DNA of 64,000 bases from Nannocystis bainbridge (GCF_028368995.1 NZ_JAQNDL010000001.1:416001-480000), one strand, 5' to 3'. Counted from the stretch's first letter, positions 9,889 through 20,646 are shown. A program made the numbers and translations. Notes: a model not told the origin generated them from the letters alone.

Positions 9889-10066
9889 CGGCCTGGCCAA
9901 TCGGACATGTTCTATCGAGCATGTCGTCAAAGACATTCGCGCGCCGGACCGTGAAGTCACATGCTCCACGGGACATGCCCTTCCGAACATGTCCCACCGA
10001 GCACTCCGCCGCCGCTCGCCTCCGCGCTCACCCTGCCCCATCGAGCATGTCCTCACGGACAGCTCA
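9889..10066. repeat. Array of GGACATGTCC-like decamers, 14-bp period (three sub-arrays)
   Basis: Cores at 9892, 9906, 9920, 9934; 9960, 9974, 9988, 10002; 10032, 10046, 10060. Confidence 0.85.
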
Positions 10067-10765
10067 CGCCTCGGCCGCCGCGAGCGCCGCCGCGAACAGC
10101 TCGGCCAGCGCGGGCTCGTCGGGCAGCTGCTGGGCCAGCGCGGTGCGGATGGCTTCCACGCGCCGGACCAGATGTGCGCGCGGGATGCCGCGGCGGCCCA
10201 GGAACCCCGCCAACCACCGGACATGGTCGGCCAGCACCGCCGGCGAGCCCAGGGCCAGCGCGTCGGCGCAGTACGACACCAGCGTGCCGAGCTCCACCAC
10301 CTGCAGCGGCTCGTCGTCGCCGGCGGCCGCCAGGGCCACCGCGGCGGCCAGGACCAAAGTATCGGCGCGGCGCTGGACCTCGCGCGCGAGCCCGTCCGGG
10401 TACGCCAGCGCGGCCGCCGCGGCGCTCAGCAGGTCGACCGCGGCCTGGCGGTCGGGCCACGGCTCGTCGGCGATCGCGGCCGCCAGACGCTCGAAGTTCT
10501 CGGCCAGGTGCAGCGTGCACATGCCGCGCGCGGTCAGCACTTGCTGCAACCAGCGGGCGTAGTTCTCGAGCACCGCCGGGTCGTCGCCGGCCAGCGCCTG
10601 CTGCAGGTACTGCACGTGGAAGCGACCGTCCTGGCGGCCGTGCCGGTCGGCCCGCTCGCCGAAGCGCTCGCGCCAGAACGGGTCGACGTACATCTCGCCG
10701 AGCACGCGCTCGGTCAGGCGGTCGCTCGCCTCCGCGAGCTGCGCGATCAGGGCCTCGTGGCTCAC
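10064..10765 (-). CDS. Tandem phycobiliprotein-like globin (BBAG/photocobilin bilin-binding-domain-like)
   Basis: GTG at 10765 overlaps the upstream stop (GTGA). RHGRQDGRFHVQYLQQALAGDDPAVLENYARWLQQVLTARG aligns by eye with the phycocyanin-type CxRD..YLRY..YA..AGD..L helix pattern; a second copy reads LVSYCADALALGSPAVLADHVRWLAGFLGRRG. Confidence 0.75.
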   Translation of the reverse strand: MSHEALIAQLAEASDRLTERVLGEMYVDPFWRERFGERADRHGRQDGRFHVQYLQQALAGDDPAVLENYARWLQQVLTARGMCTLHLAENFERLAAAIADEPWPDRQAAVDLLSAAAAALAYPDGLAREVQRRADTLVLAAAVALAAAGDDEPLQVVELGTLVSYCADALALGSPAVLADHVRWLAGFLGRRGIPRAHLVRRVEAIRTALAQQLPDEPALAELFAAALAAAEA

Positions 10766-11415
10766 GCCTCGACCCCCGCCAGCCGCCGCGCCGTCGTCAC
10801 CAGCTCGCCCGCGTCGTCGCCTGCCTGCACCACCCCGAGCTCGCCCGCGAGGCCTGGCGACCAGCGCGTCGCGTGTCCGCCGATGAACACCGGGCGATCG
10901 CTGATCTCGCGCACGCGCGCGACCGCGGCCCGCAGCGCCGGCAAGTTGAAGCTCATCGTCACTGACAGCCCGATCAGGTCCGGCTGCTCCTCGCGCACCA
11001 CCGCCACGAGCTCCTCGGTCGGCACGTTGGCGCCGAGGTAGCGCACTTCGAAGCCCGCGAGCTCGAGCACGTCGGCGACCAGGCGCGCCGGCAGCTCGTG
11101 CAGCTCGCCCTCGACGCACGCCAGCACCACGCGACGATCGAGCGGCGGCTGCGGCGTCGCGCGCTCGAACAGCGCCGCCAGCGACAGGTGCGAGATCGCC
11201 GTCGCCATGTGCTCCTGGGCGATGCTGACGCGGTTGAGCTGCCACAGCCGACCGATCTCGTCCTGCGCCGCGCGGATGACGTGCAACTGCAGCTCGTCGA
11301 CGTGGGCCCCGCCGCCGAGGCCGTCCTCGAGCAGCAGCCGCACCGCCTCGCGTCGATCGCCCGCGAGCTGGGCCCGCAGGTAGCTGTCGCGCAGCTGCGC
11401 CAGCACCGGGGTCAT
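10762..11415 (-). CDS. Stand-alone cobalamin-binding protein, CarH-type photoreceptor module without DNA-binding domain
   Basis: Start MTPVLAQ at 11415 (ATGA overlap). Four-helix cap with W-x9-EH (WQLNRVSIAQEH); Rossmann domain CVEGELHELPARLVADVLELAGFEVRYLGANVP...PDLIGLS...VFIGG. Confidence 0.9.
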   Translation of the reverse strand: MTPVLAQLRDSYLRAQLAGDRREAVRLLLEDGLGGGAHVDELQLHVIRAAQDEIGRLWQLNRVSIAQEHMATAISHLSLAALFERATPQPPLDRRVVLACVEGELHELPARLVADVLELAGFEVRYLGANVPTEELVAVVREEQPDLIGLSVTMSFNLPALRAAVARVREISDRPVFIGGHATRWSPGLAGELGVVQAGDDAGELVTTARRLAGVEA

Positions 11416-12026
11416 GACGCCTCCCGCAACGCCTGCCCGGCCGCTCGCGTGCGCGGGGCCAGCCAGTCGATGAGGCGCGTGAAGGTCGCGCGCGCCGCGA
11501 GCACGGCCTCGGCCTCGGCCTCGGTCGTGCTCACCACCCGCGTGACCACGGCCGCGAAGGCGCGCCAGCGAGCCCCGGTGTCCGGCCCGTAGCCGGCCAG
11601 AAACGCGGTCGCTCGTCCGCGCAGCACGGTCAGCGCCGGCGGCAGCTTGGCGAGGATGTAGCGGCCGCCGAGGGTCGAGCCTTCGAGCACGTAGGCGACC
11701 CCGAGCGCGCTCGCCAGCGAGGCCGTCGAGGGCAGCGCCGCGCATCGGGGCACGGTCGAGGGATCCTCGCCCAGGACGCCCAGATCGGCCACGAGCATGG
11801 GGGATTTGCGCCGTTCGGCGGCCGCGAAGCCGACGGCGAGGAGCCCGGCGTGAGCACCCAGCCGGTCCTCCAGCGGCGCGTGGTAACCGAGCATCGCCGC
11901 CAGGTAGCGGCGGTAGTCGGTCAAGGTCGCGTCGGCGTCGAGGATTCGCACGTGGAGCTCCGCCTCGCGGTGGAGATCTGCAGTGTCGTCCTTGAGCCGG
12001 CGAAGCGGGTCGCGGGCCGCGGTCAC
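11412..12026 (-). CDS. Biliverdin-producing heme oxygenase (BphO/HemO-like)
   Basis: LKDDTADLHREAE (proximal His), YRRYL and YVLEGSTLGG distal helix. Confidence 0.92.
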   Translation of the reverse strand: MTAARDPLRRLKDDTADLHREAELHVRILDADATLTDYRRYLAAMLGYHAPLEDRLGAHAGLLAVGFAAAERRKSPMLVADLGVLGEDPSTVPRCAALPSTASLASALGVAYVLEGSTLGGRYILAKLPPALTVLRGRATAFLAGYGPDTGARWRAFAAVVTRVVSTTEAEAEAVLAARATFTRLIDWLAPRTRAAGQALREAS

Positions 12027-12152
12027 GATCCCACCGTGCTCCGCACGCGCGGCCGGGTCAAGGCGCGGGTGACTTTAATGACAATCTGTCATCGCGGGTC
12101 GACGAGTGCTTGTGTATGAGCCAAACAGGGGAGAGCCTCCGCGCTCAGCCGT

Positions 12153-14147
12153 ATGCAGCCGACCACCTCCTCACTCGAAGCCACGATCGACGCGCTCAGC
12201 CGCGAGCTCGCGCTGATCGTGGCCCCCGACAGCCGGATCGAGTGGGCGGACCCGCGAGCCGAGCGGCACGGCCTGCGCGCCGCGGCCGAGCTGCGCGCGG
12301 CGGTCGTGCCCGGCTGCGAGACCAAGCTCGACGAATTGCTGCGCCAGGCGGCCACCGAGCCGGTGGGCGGCTGGGAGCTCCCGCTCGTGCTCGCGGGCAA
12401 GCCGGTGACGCTGTCGTTCTCGGCGCGCGCGCTCGACGGGCGCATCGCTCTGGTCGGCAATTTCGTCCCGCAGGGCTACGCCGAGGCGATCGGCGAGGCC
12501 GCCCGCGCGGTGCAGGAGATCGTCGACCTCAACCGCCAGCTCGCGCGCCAGAAGACCCGGCTCGAGGAGTCCAACAAGGCCATCCGGGCCCTGCACGCCG
12601 AGCTCGAGCAACACGCCGATCGCCTGCGCTCCTCGGCCGAGGTCAAGAGCCGCCTGGTCGCCGGCGTCAGCCACGAATTCCGCACCCCGCTGCACTCGAT
12701 CCTCGGCCTCTCGCGCCTGCTGCTGGCCGCCTCCGACGGCCCGCTCAACGACGAGCAGCAGACCCAGGTCGCCTTCATCCGCGACTCCGCCGAGGAGCTG
12801 TCGCGCATGATCAACGACATGCTCGACCTCTCGCGGCTCGACGCCGGCAACGCGCCGATCCGGGCCGCTCGCTTCGCCCTGCCCGACTTCTGGGCCGCGC
12901 TGCGCGGGACCATGCGACCGCTGGTGCGCGAGAGCGGCGGGGTCGAGCTGCTGTTCGACCCGGCGCCCGACGTCGGGCTCGAGACCGACCAGGGCAAGCT
13001 GGCCCAGATCCTGCGCAACCTGATCGCCAACGCGCTCAAGTTCACCGAGCGCGGCGCCGTCCGCGTGTCGGCCCGCGTCGACGGCGAGGAGCTGCGCGTG
13101 CTGGTCGAGGACACCGGCATCGGCATCGCCGCCGACGACCAGGCGCGCGTGTTCGAGGAGTTCGTGCAGATCGACGGCGCCCTCCAGCGCGCCGCCACCG
13201 GCACCGGCCTGGGCCTGCCGCTGGCCAAGAAGCTGGCCGAGGCGCTGGGCGGCCGCATCGAGCTCGAGAGCACCCCCGGCGTCGGCTCGACCTTCTGCGT
13301 CACCGTCCCGCTCGAGCACGCCGAGATCGACGCGTTCCGCAAGCTCGAGGTCGCCGCGAGCCAGCCTGACCCGACGCGCGCCCCCGTGCTCGTGGTCGAG
13401 GACGACCGCAGCGCCGTGTTCGTCTACGAGCGCTACCTGTCGATGGCGGGCTTCCAGGTGCTGCCGGCGCGCACCACCGAGGACGCGCGCAAGGTCCTCG
13501 AGCAGGTCCGGCCCTCGGCGATCTTGCTCGACGTCATGCTCGAGCGTGAGGACACCTGGAACTTCCTCGCCGACATCAAGCGCGACCCGGCCACCAACGA
13601 CATCCCGGTGCTGGTGTGCACGGTGATGAACCGCGAGTCGCGGGCGCGGGCGCTCGGCGCCGACGAGTTCTGGCTCAAGCCGGTCGACGAGGACAAGCTG
13701 ATCCGCAAGCTGCAGGTGCTGGCCGCCGGGCGCGGCGCCAAGGTCCTGGTCGTCGACGACGAGCCCGCGGCCCGCTACCTGATCAAGAAATTCCTCGAGG
13801 CGACGCCCTACCAGCTGCTCGAGGCCGCCGACGGCGACACCGGCGTCCAGCTGGCCCTGAGCGAGCGGCCCGACGTCATCTTGCTCGACTTCCTGCTCGA
13901 AAACATGACCGCGTTCGACGTGATCGACCAGCTCAAGGCCGACCCGCGCACGCGACCGATCCCCGTCATCATCGTCACCTCGCATGCGCTCCCCGTAGAG
14001 GACCGACAGCGGCTGGCGGAGAGCACCGAGGCCATCCTTTCCAAGGAGCACCTGTCGCGCGAGCTGGCGATCAATCGCATCCGCGACGCGCTCCGTCACG
14101 CGGGCATCCGTGAGCAGCCGCCCGCCAACGAACGAGGTGGAGCGTGA
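12153..14147 (+). CDS. Hybrid histidine kinase (degenerate PAS-like, coiled coil, HisKA, HATPase, 2 REC)
   Basis: SHEFRTPL H-box, NLIANALKFT, DTGIGI, GTGLGL; two receivers (VVEDD..LLDVML, VVDDE..LLDFLL). Confidence 0.93.
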   Translation: MQPTTSSLEATIDALSRELALIVAPDSRIEWADPRAERHGLRAAAELRAAVVPGCETKLDELLRQAATEPVGGWELPLVLAGKPVTLSFSARALDGRIALVGNFVPQGYAEAIGEAARAVQEIVDLNRQLARQKTRLEESNKAIRALHAELEQHADRLRSSAEVKSRLVAGVSHEFRTPLHSILGLSRLLLAASDGPLNDEQQTQVAFIRDSAEELSRMINDMLDLSRLDAGNAPIRAARFALPDFWAALRGTMRPLVRESGGVELLFDPAPDVGLETDQGKLAQILRNLIANALKFTERGAVRVSARVDGEELRVLVEDTGIGIAADDQARVFEEFVQIDGALQRAATGTGLGLPLAKKLAEALGGRIELESTPGVGSTFCVTVPLEHAEIDAFRKLEVAASQPDPTRAPVLVVEDDRSAVFVYERYLSMAGFQVLPARTTEDARKVLEQVRPSAILLDVMLEREDTWNFLADIKRDPATNDIPVLVCTVMNRESRARALGADEFWLKPVDEDKLIRKLQVLAAGRGAKVLVVDDEPAARYLIKKFLEATPYQLLEAADGDTGVQLALSERPDVILLDFLLENMTAFDVIDQLKADPRTRPIPVIIVTSHALPVEDRQRLAESTEAILSKEHLSRELAINRIRDALRHAGIREQPPANERGGA

Positions 14148-15688
14148 AAGACGCCCGCAAACCTTTGATCCTCAACGTCAACGACCACGTGGCCAACCGC
14201 TACATGGTCTCGAAGATGCTCAAGAACGCCGGCATGCAGGTCATCGAGGCCTCGACCGGCGGCGAGGCGATGGCGCTGGCCCAGGACCCGCAGCAGAAGC
14301 CCGACCTCATCGTCCTCGACATCCGCCTGCCCGACATCGACGGCCTCACGGTGTGCCGCCGGCTCAAGGCCGACCCGCGCACCCGCGACATCAAGATCCT
14401 CCACACCTCCGCCACCTTCGTCACCTCGACCAACCGCGTCGAGGGCGTCGAGGCCGGCGCCGACGGCTACCTCACCCAGCCGTTCGAGCCGCAGGACCTG
14501 ATCGCCACCGTGCGCGCGCTGCTCCGCCTCCACGACGCCGAGGCCGCCCTGGTCGCGCGCAACGGCCTGCTGGTCGAGGCCGACCGGCGCAAGGACGAGT
14601 TCCTGGCCATGCTGGCGCATGAGCTGCGCAACCCGCTGGCCGCGCTGCACATGGGCCTGCCCGTGCTCGACCGCTACCCGCCGCGCGACGAGCTCGAGCA
14701 GCAGACGCGCGACATCATGGGGCGCCAGCTGACCCTCCTCACCCGCCTCGTCGACGACCTGCTCGACGTCTCGCGCGTCACTCGCGGCCGCATCGTCCTC
14801 CACCGCGAGCCGATGGACCTCGCCGCGCTGGTCCGCCGCGTCGTCGAAGTCATGCGCCAGCGGGCCGCGGGGCCGCGCCGGCAGGAGCTCCGCCTCGTGC
14901 TGCCGCCGCAGCCGGTGCCGGTGCTGGCCGACGGCGGGCGCATCGAGCAGGTGCTGACCAACCTGCTCGACAACGCCAGCAAGTACTCGGACGCCGGCAC
15001 CACCATCGAGATCCGCCTCGCGCTCGTCGGCGGCCAGGCCGAGGTCGTCGTGCGCGACCAGGGCATCGGCATCGACGCCGCCACCTTGCCGGCCATCTTC
15101 GACCTGTTCGCCCAGGCCACCCGCTCGCTCGACCGCTCGCACGGCGGGCTCGGCATCGGGCTCACGCTCGCGCGCGGCCTCATCGACCTCCACGGCGGCA
15201 CCATCACCGCCCGCTCCGACGGCCTCGGCCTCGGCACCGAGCTCACGATCCGGCTGCCGCTGCAGGCCGCGCGCGAGCTGGCCCCGGCCCAGCCCAGCGA
15301 GCCCGCCGCCGCCCCCGCCCGCCGCCGGATCCTCGTCGTCGACGACAACGAGGACGGCCGCAAGATGCTGCGCAAGCTGTGCGAGCTGCAGGGCCACGAC
15401 GTCGCCGAGGCGGCCGACGGGCTCGAGGGGGTCCGCTGCGCCCTCGAGGGCCGGCCCGACGTCGCCTTCGTCGACATCGGCCTGCCCGGTATCGACGGCT
15501 ACGAGGTCGCCCGCCGGGTCCGCGCCGGGCTCGACGGCCACTCCCCGGTGCTGATCGCCCTGTCCGGCTACGGCTCGCCCGAGCACCGCGAGCTCGCCCA
15601 CGAGGCCGGCTTCGACGAGCACGTCGTCAAGCCGATCAAGCTCGCCAACCTGCGCCGGATCGTCGGCGCCGCCGCGCCCAAGGCCTGA
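14144..15688 (+). CDS. REC-HisKA-HATPase-REC hybrid histidine kinase
   Basis: GTGA overlap with the upstream kinase; LDIRLPDIDG, AHELRNPL, NLLDNASKY, GGLGIGL, VDIGLPGIDG. Confidence 0.93.
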   Translation: MKDARKPLILNVNDHVANRYMVSKMLKNAGMQVIEASTGGEAMALAQDPQQKPDLIVLDIRLPDIDGLTVCRRLKADPRTRDIKILHTSATFVTSTNRVEGVEAGADGYLTQPFEPQDLIATVRALLRLHDAEAALVARNGLLVEADRRKDEFLAMLAHELRNPLAALHMGLPVLDRYPPRDELEQQTRDIMGRQLTLLTRLVDDLLDVSRVTRGRIVLHREPMDLAALVRRVVEVMRQRAAGPRRQELRLVLPPQPVPVLADGGRIEQVLTNLLDNASKYSDAGTTIEIRLALVGGQAEVVVRDQGIGIDAATLPAIFDLFAQATRSLDRSHGGLGIGLTLARGLIDLHGGTITARSDGLGLGTELTIRLPLQAARELAPAQPSEPAAAPARRRILVVDDNEDGRKMLRKLCELQGHDVAEAADGLEGVRCALEGRPDVAFVDIGLPGIDGYEVARRVRAGLDGHSPVLIALSGYGSPEHRELAHEAGFDEHVVKPIKLANLRRIVGAAAPKA

Positions 15689-15689
15689 A

Positions 15690-15769
15690 CCGCCTGGCCT
15701 CGGGGGCATGTCCCGATGGACATGCCCATGCAGACATGCCCCGGAGAGCATGTCCCGAGGGACCTGTCG
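15690..15769. repeat. GGACATGTCC-like array, 14-bp period, 5-6 units, between convergent genes
   Basis: Cores at 15693, 15707, 15721, 15735, 15749, 15763. Confidence 0.9.
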
Positions 15770-15770
15770 T

Positions 15771-16982
<1,212 letters not shown>

Positions 16983-17197
16983 GCACGGCGCAACCGGCGA
17001 TGGCCGCGACGTCGCGCCGACGCGGCGCCCCGGACACGCGTCCCGACGCGGCGCTCGATCGAGGGATCATGACACTCCAGGATCGCATCCAGGAGCCGCT
17101 GGTGCCGCTGCGGCGACCCCCGCGCGCGGGCGCACTGGCGACGCGGGCGCGGACCTGTGAACGGCGTTGCGTCCCGAGCTACCTTGAGCCCCCGCGT

Positions 17198-18601
17198 ATG
17201 CCCCACACCGTCGCTCCCCCGGTCGAGCTCTCCATGTCGACCGCGAACATCCTGGCCACGGTCTTCACCGGGCTCGCCGAGGCCCGCAACGAGGTCGAGA
17301 TGCTCGGGGCTGCGCTCGTCTACCTGCGCCCGCTCGGCCCGTTCGCCGTCAACCTCCACCTCACCACCGTGTTCGAGGACGGCGTCCCGGTCCTGGCTCG
17401 CCACGTCGCCCAGTGGTTCGAGGCCGCCGGCCTCGCGGCCACCGACGGCGAGATCGACCTCCGCTCGCACCTCTCGATCTCGCAGCTCTGGTACGACCAG
17501 GCCGCGCCGGTGTTCCTCGAGGACATCGCCGCCGACCCGCGCTGCGACGCCGTCTACCGCGAGTTCATCATCAGCCACGGCATCCGCGCCCAGGTGTTCT
17601 TGCCGCTGCACAGCGAGGCCGCCGGCCGGGTCATCGGCGTCGTCGTGGCCCACTTCGGCGCGCCGCGGACGTTCACCAGCGAGGAGCGATATGTCCTCAA
17701 GACCCTGTCCTTCGGGCTAGCCTCGTTCCTCGCCGGCCGCCGCCTGCTGGCCGAGCGCGAGGAGTCGCTGCGCCAGGTCGAGCGCCAGCGGCGGATGTTG
17801 ACCGCCGTGCTCGAGAACCTGCCGGTCGGCGTCTACCTGGCCGAGGCCGGCACCCACAAGCCGCTGCTCGCCAACCAGATCGGCGTCGAGACCATGGGCA
17901 AGCAGCGCGTCGAGGCCGACGGCCGCGTCTACTACGAGGCCTACACGATGTATCAGACCGGCACGCTCGACCCGGTCCCCTTCTCGGAGCTGCCGCTCTA
18001 CCGCACCCTCGCCACCGGTGACCCGCACAGCGGCGTGATCGACGTGCGCAGCCTCGACGAGAGCGTCGGCATCGTCACCCTCGAGCTCTCGGCCGCCCCC
18101 GTGCGCGACGAGAGCGGCGAGATGTTCGCCGCCGTGGTCGTCTACCTCGACGTCACCGGCCGCAACCGCGCCGAGGCCGAGCGCGCCGCGATCCGCGAGG
18201 AGCTGATCCGCACCCAGGCCCAGGCGCTGGCCGAGCGCTCGACCCCGCTGATCCCGCTCGGCGACGACGTCGTCGCCATGCCGATCGTCGGCACCCTCGA
18301 CGGCAGCCGCGCCGACCAGATCATCGAGGTCCTCCTCGAGGGCTGCGCCGCCCGCAAGGCCCGCCACGCGATCCTCGACATCACCGGCGTCCCGCACGCC
18401 GACACCGCCGTCGCCGGCGCCCTCCTGCGCGCCGCCGCGGCCGTCCGCCTCCTCGGCGTCGAACCGATCCTCACCGGCATCCGCCCCGACGTCGCCCGCA
18501 CCCTCGTCGGCCTCGACGTCGACCTGCGCGGCGTCGTCACCCTGCCGACGCTGCAAGAAGGCATCGCCCACGCCGCGCGCAAGGCCCCGCGCCGCCGCTG
18601 A
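17198..18601 (+). CDS. GAF-PAS-STAS (RsbR-like) sensor protein
   Basis: GAF-like PVFLEDIAADP...FTSEE; PAS VLENLPVGV...SAAPVRDESG; STAS STPLIPL..MPIVGTLD..ILDITGV..DT..LTGIRP. Confidence 0.85.
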   Translation: MPHTVAPPVELSMSTANILATVFTGLAEARNEVEMLGAALVYLRPLGPFAVNLHLTTVFEDGVPVLARHVAQWFEAAGLAATDGEIDLRSHLSISQLWYDQAAPVFLEDIAADPRCDAVYREFIISHGIRAQVFLPLHSEAAGRVIGVVVAHFGAPRTFTSEERYVLKTLSFGLASFLAGRRLLAEREESLRQVERQRRMLTAVLENLPVGVYLAEAGTHKPLLANQIGVETMGKQRVEADGRVYYEAYTMYQTGTLDPVPFSELPLYRTLATGDPHSGVIDVRSLDESVGIVTLELSAAPVRDESGEMFAAVVVYLDVTGRNRAEAERAAIREELIRTQAQALAERSTPLIPLGDDVVAMPIVGTLDGSRADQIIEVLLEGCAARKARHAILDITGVPHADTAVAGALLRAAAAVRLLGVEPILTGIRPDVARTLVGLDVDLRGVVTLPTLQEGIAHAARKAPRRR

Positions 18602-18659
18602 CCGGGCGCCGCGAGCCGTCGCGCGCGGTCGCCATCCCCTCGCTCAGGGCGTACGCGCG

Positions 18660-18697
18660 ACGGATGTCTCGGAGGACATGTCTTCCAGGACATGCGC
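18660..18697. repeat. GGACATGTCC-like array, 14-bp period, 3 units
   Basis: Cores at 18663, 18677, 18691; lies between convergent genes. Confidence 0.75.
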
Positions 18698-18832
18698 GAA
18701 GAAACGCCGTGAGGTGGCCTCACAGCCCGTTTCACGTGACTCGATGCGATCCGACGGCCGCCTCATCGGCGAGGCAGGTCGAGGGTGACCTCGAGCTGGC
18801 GCGCGGCGGAGCGAGCCGTCGCGCGCTCGCTG

Positions 18833-19561
18833 TCACTCGCAGGTCGACACCGAGAAGCTGCCCGCGAGGTCGATCCCGGCGGCGGCCAGCTGCGGCGAGT
18901 TGACGTGGCACAGGCGGGCCTCGATCCCGCTCGCGTCGATCGACACGATCTCGAGCGTCGCGTCGAGCATCGTCGCGCTCCAGTCGCACACCCCGTCGCC
19001 CTGGTCCGCGCCGTACACCGACTCGACCCCGCGCACCTCGGGGCCCGTGAGTTGATGAAGGCCCGGCGACTGGTGGCCCGGCGGGATCCAGATCTTCACC
19101 TCCCATTGCCCGCACTCCAGCCCCTGCTCCGTATCGGCGCACGCGTGCGCCTGCCCGGCGAGGTGGACCTCGAGCGTGCCCTCCTCCGGGCCTTCCCAGC
19201 AGCTCGTCGTCTGCACCGCGCACTCGGGCTCGTCGGGGATGACCACCCGGGCCAGCTTGGCGACCTCGAGCGGCACCGCCTCGCCCTCGCACGGCGTCGG
19301 CTCGAGCGGCGGCGGCTGCTCGGTCTCCTCGCCGGTCTCGGTGACGCTGGCCTCGCTCGGCGAGGACTCGCTCCCGGTGGTCGTGGTCTCCGTGGTGGTC
19401 GTCGTCGCCGTCCCGGTCGGCTCCCCGGAGGTCTCGGTCTCGCCCGCCGAAGTCTCGGTCGCATCGCTCGTGGGCGCGGTGGCGGACTCCTCGGGCACGG
19501 CCTTGAGCTCGCACGCCAGAGTCGCCGCAAACAGCAAACAGGTCACGGTAATCGAACGCAT
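18833..19561 (-). CDS. Lipoprotein with Thr/Glu stalk and Cys-containing domain
   Basis: MRSITVTCLLFAATLAC lipobox; T/E-rich linker. Confidence 0.75.
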   Translation of the reverse strand: MRSITVTCLLFAATLACELKAVPEESATAPTSDATETSAGETETSGEPTGTATTTTTETTTTGSESSPSEASVTETGEETEQPPPLEPTPCEGEAVPLEVAKLARVVIPDEPECAVQTTSCWEGPEEGTLEVHLAGQAHACADTEQGLECGQWEVKIWIPPGHQSPGLHQLTGPEVRGVESVYGADQGDGVCDWSATMLDATLEIVSIDASGIEARLCHVNSPQLAAAGIDLAGSFSVSTCE

Positions 19562-19910
19562 AGGCGATCGATGTAGCACGGCGATCGCAGCATCACCATG
19601 GGACCCGGCTGTCCTGCGAATGCAGCCGCGCACGACATCGGCGTCGCACCCCGTGTCGGAAGAGCGGCCACCCGCGCGCACCGGACCCGGGCCCTACGAT
19701 CGACGAAAGAAAAAGCATACCGATCGCGCATTGGTGAAACATTCGCCATTCGCATGATCGATGGCGCATGGTTCGTCGACAATCCGGGTGCTGGTGCCCT
19801 CACGACGCCAGGCGCGGCAGGAGCCGGAGATTCTGCAGGCATGCGGCAGGCGGGCGGCACGGGGATATGGCGGACCCGAACCGTTCGGCGTGTTACTTTG
19901 GCCTCGATCT

Positions 19911-20528
19911 ATGACCCGTTTTTTGCTCTGCCACGCCCTGTTCGTCCTGCCCGTGATCGCAGCCTGTGAGAACCAGGACCCGCTCGATTCCCTGTCGCAG
20001 GGCTCGGCCGTCAGCAACGGCCCCGGCGGCGGCCCCAGCGGCGGCCCCAGCGGCGGCCCCGGCAGCGACACGATGCCGGCGACGGACACGGACCCCACTG
20101 GCACGAGCACCGACGCGCCCACGACCACCGACGCGACCACGGGCGACCTCCCGACGGGTGGCGAGACCGGGCCGACCGAACCCGGGACCACCGGCGAAGG
20201 GCTGAGCCACGCTGCCGACATTCAGCCGATCTGGGACGCCAATTGCGTCACGGACTGTCACACGCCGGGTGGCGCCGCGTCGGGGTGGTTCGTCCTCTCC
20301 GGAGATCCCTACGACACGCTCATCAGCCAGGCCTCGTTCGAGATCAACGACATGCAGCTCATCGTCCCCGGCGTCCCGGAGCAGAGCTATCTATGGCACA
20401 AGATCAACGGCACCCACCTCGCAATCGGCGGCAACGGCAACATGATGCCGCCGCCGCCCGCGCCCGCGCTGTCGCAGGCGGCGATCGACACCATCGGTCA
20501 GTGGATCCTCGAGGGCTGCTCGCTGTGA
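19911..20528 (+). CDS. Lipoprotein with c-type cytochrome-like domain (CxxxCH)
   Basis: IAAC lipobox, G/T stalk, IQPIWDANCVTDCH, PGVPEQSYLWHKI, MMPP, IGQWILEG. Confidence 0.75.
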   Translation: MTRFLLCHALFVLPVIAACENQDPLDSLSQGSAVSNGPGGGPSGGPSGGPGSDTMPATDTDPTGTSTDAPTTTDATTGDLPTGGETGPTEPGTTGEGLSHAADIQPIWDANCVTDCHTPGGAASGWFVLSGDPYDTLISQASFEINDMQLIVPGVPEQSYLWHKINGTHLAIGGNGNMMPPPPAPALSQAAIDTIGQWILEGCSL

Positions 20529-20646
20529 AGCGACGCCCGACAGCGCGCGCTGTCCTCGAACCATGAGAGCCCGGGCGGTCGGACGCGGCGATCCCGCTGC
20601 ACGGGCACCTTTACGTGCCCCGGGCGGCGCGCGAAGCTCGGGCCGC

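Noticed and set aside
20019-20066. 12-bp tandem repeats here and at 38826-38866
   Set aside because: They encode GPSG and TETG low-complexity lipoprotein stalks, not independent elements.
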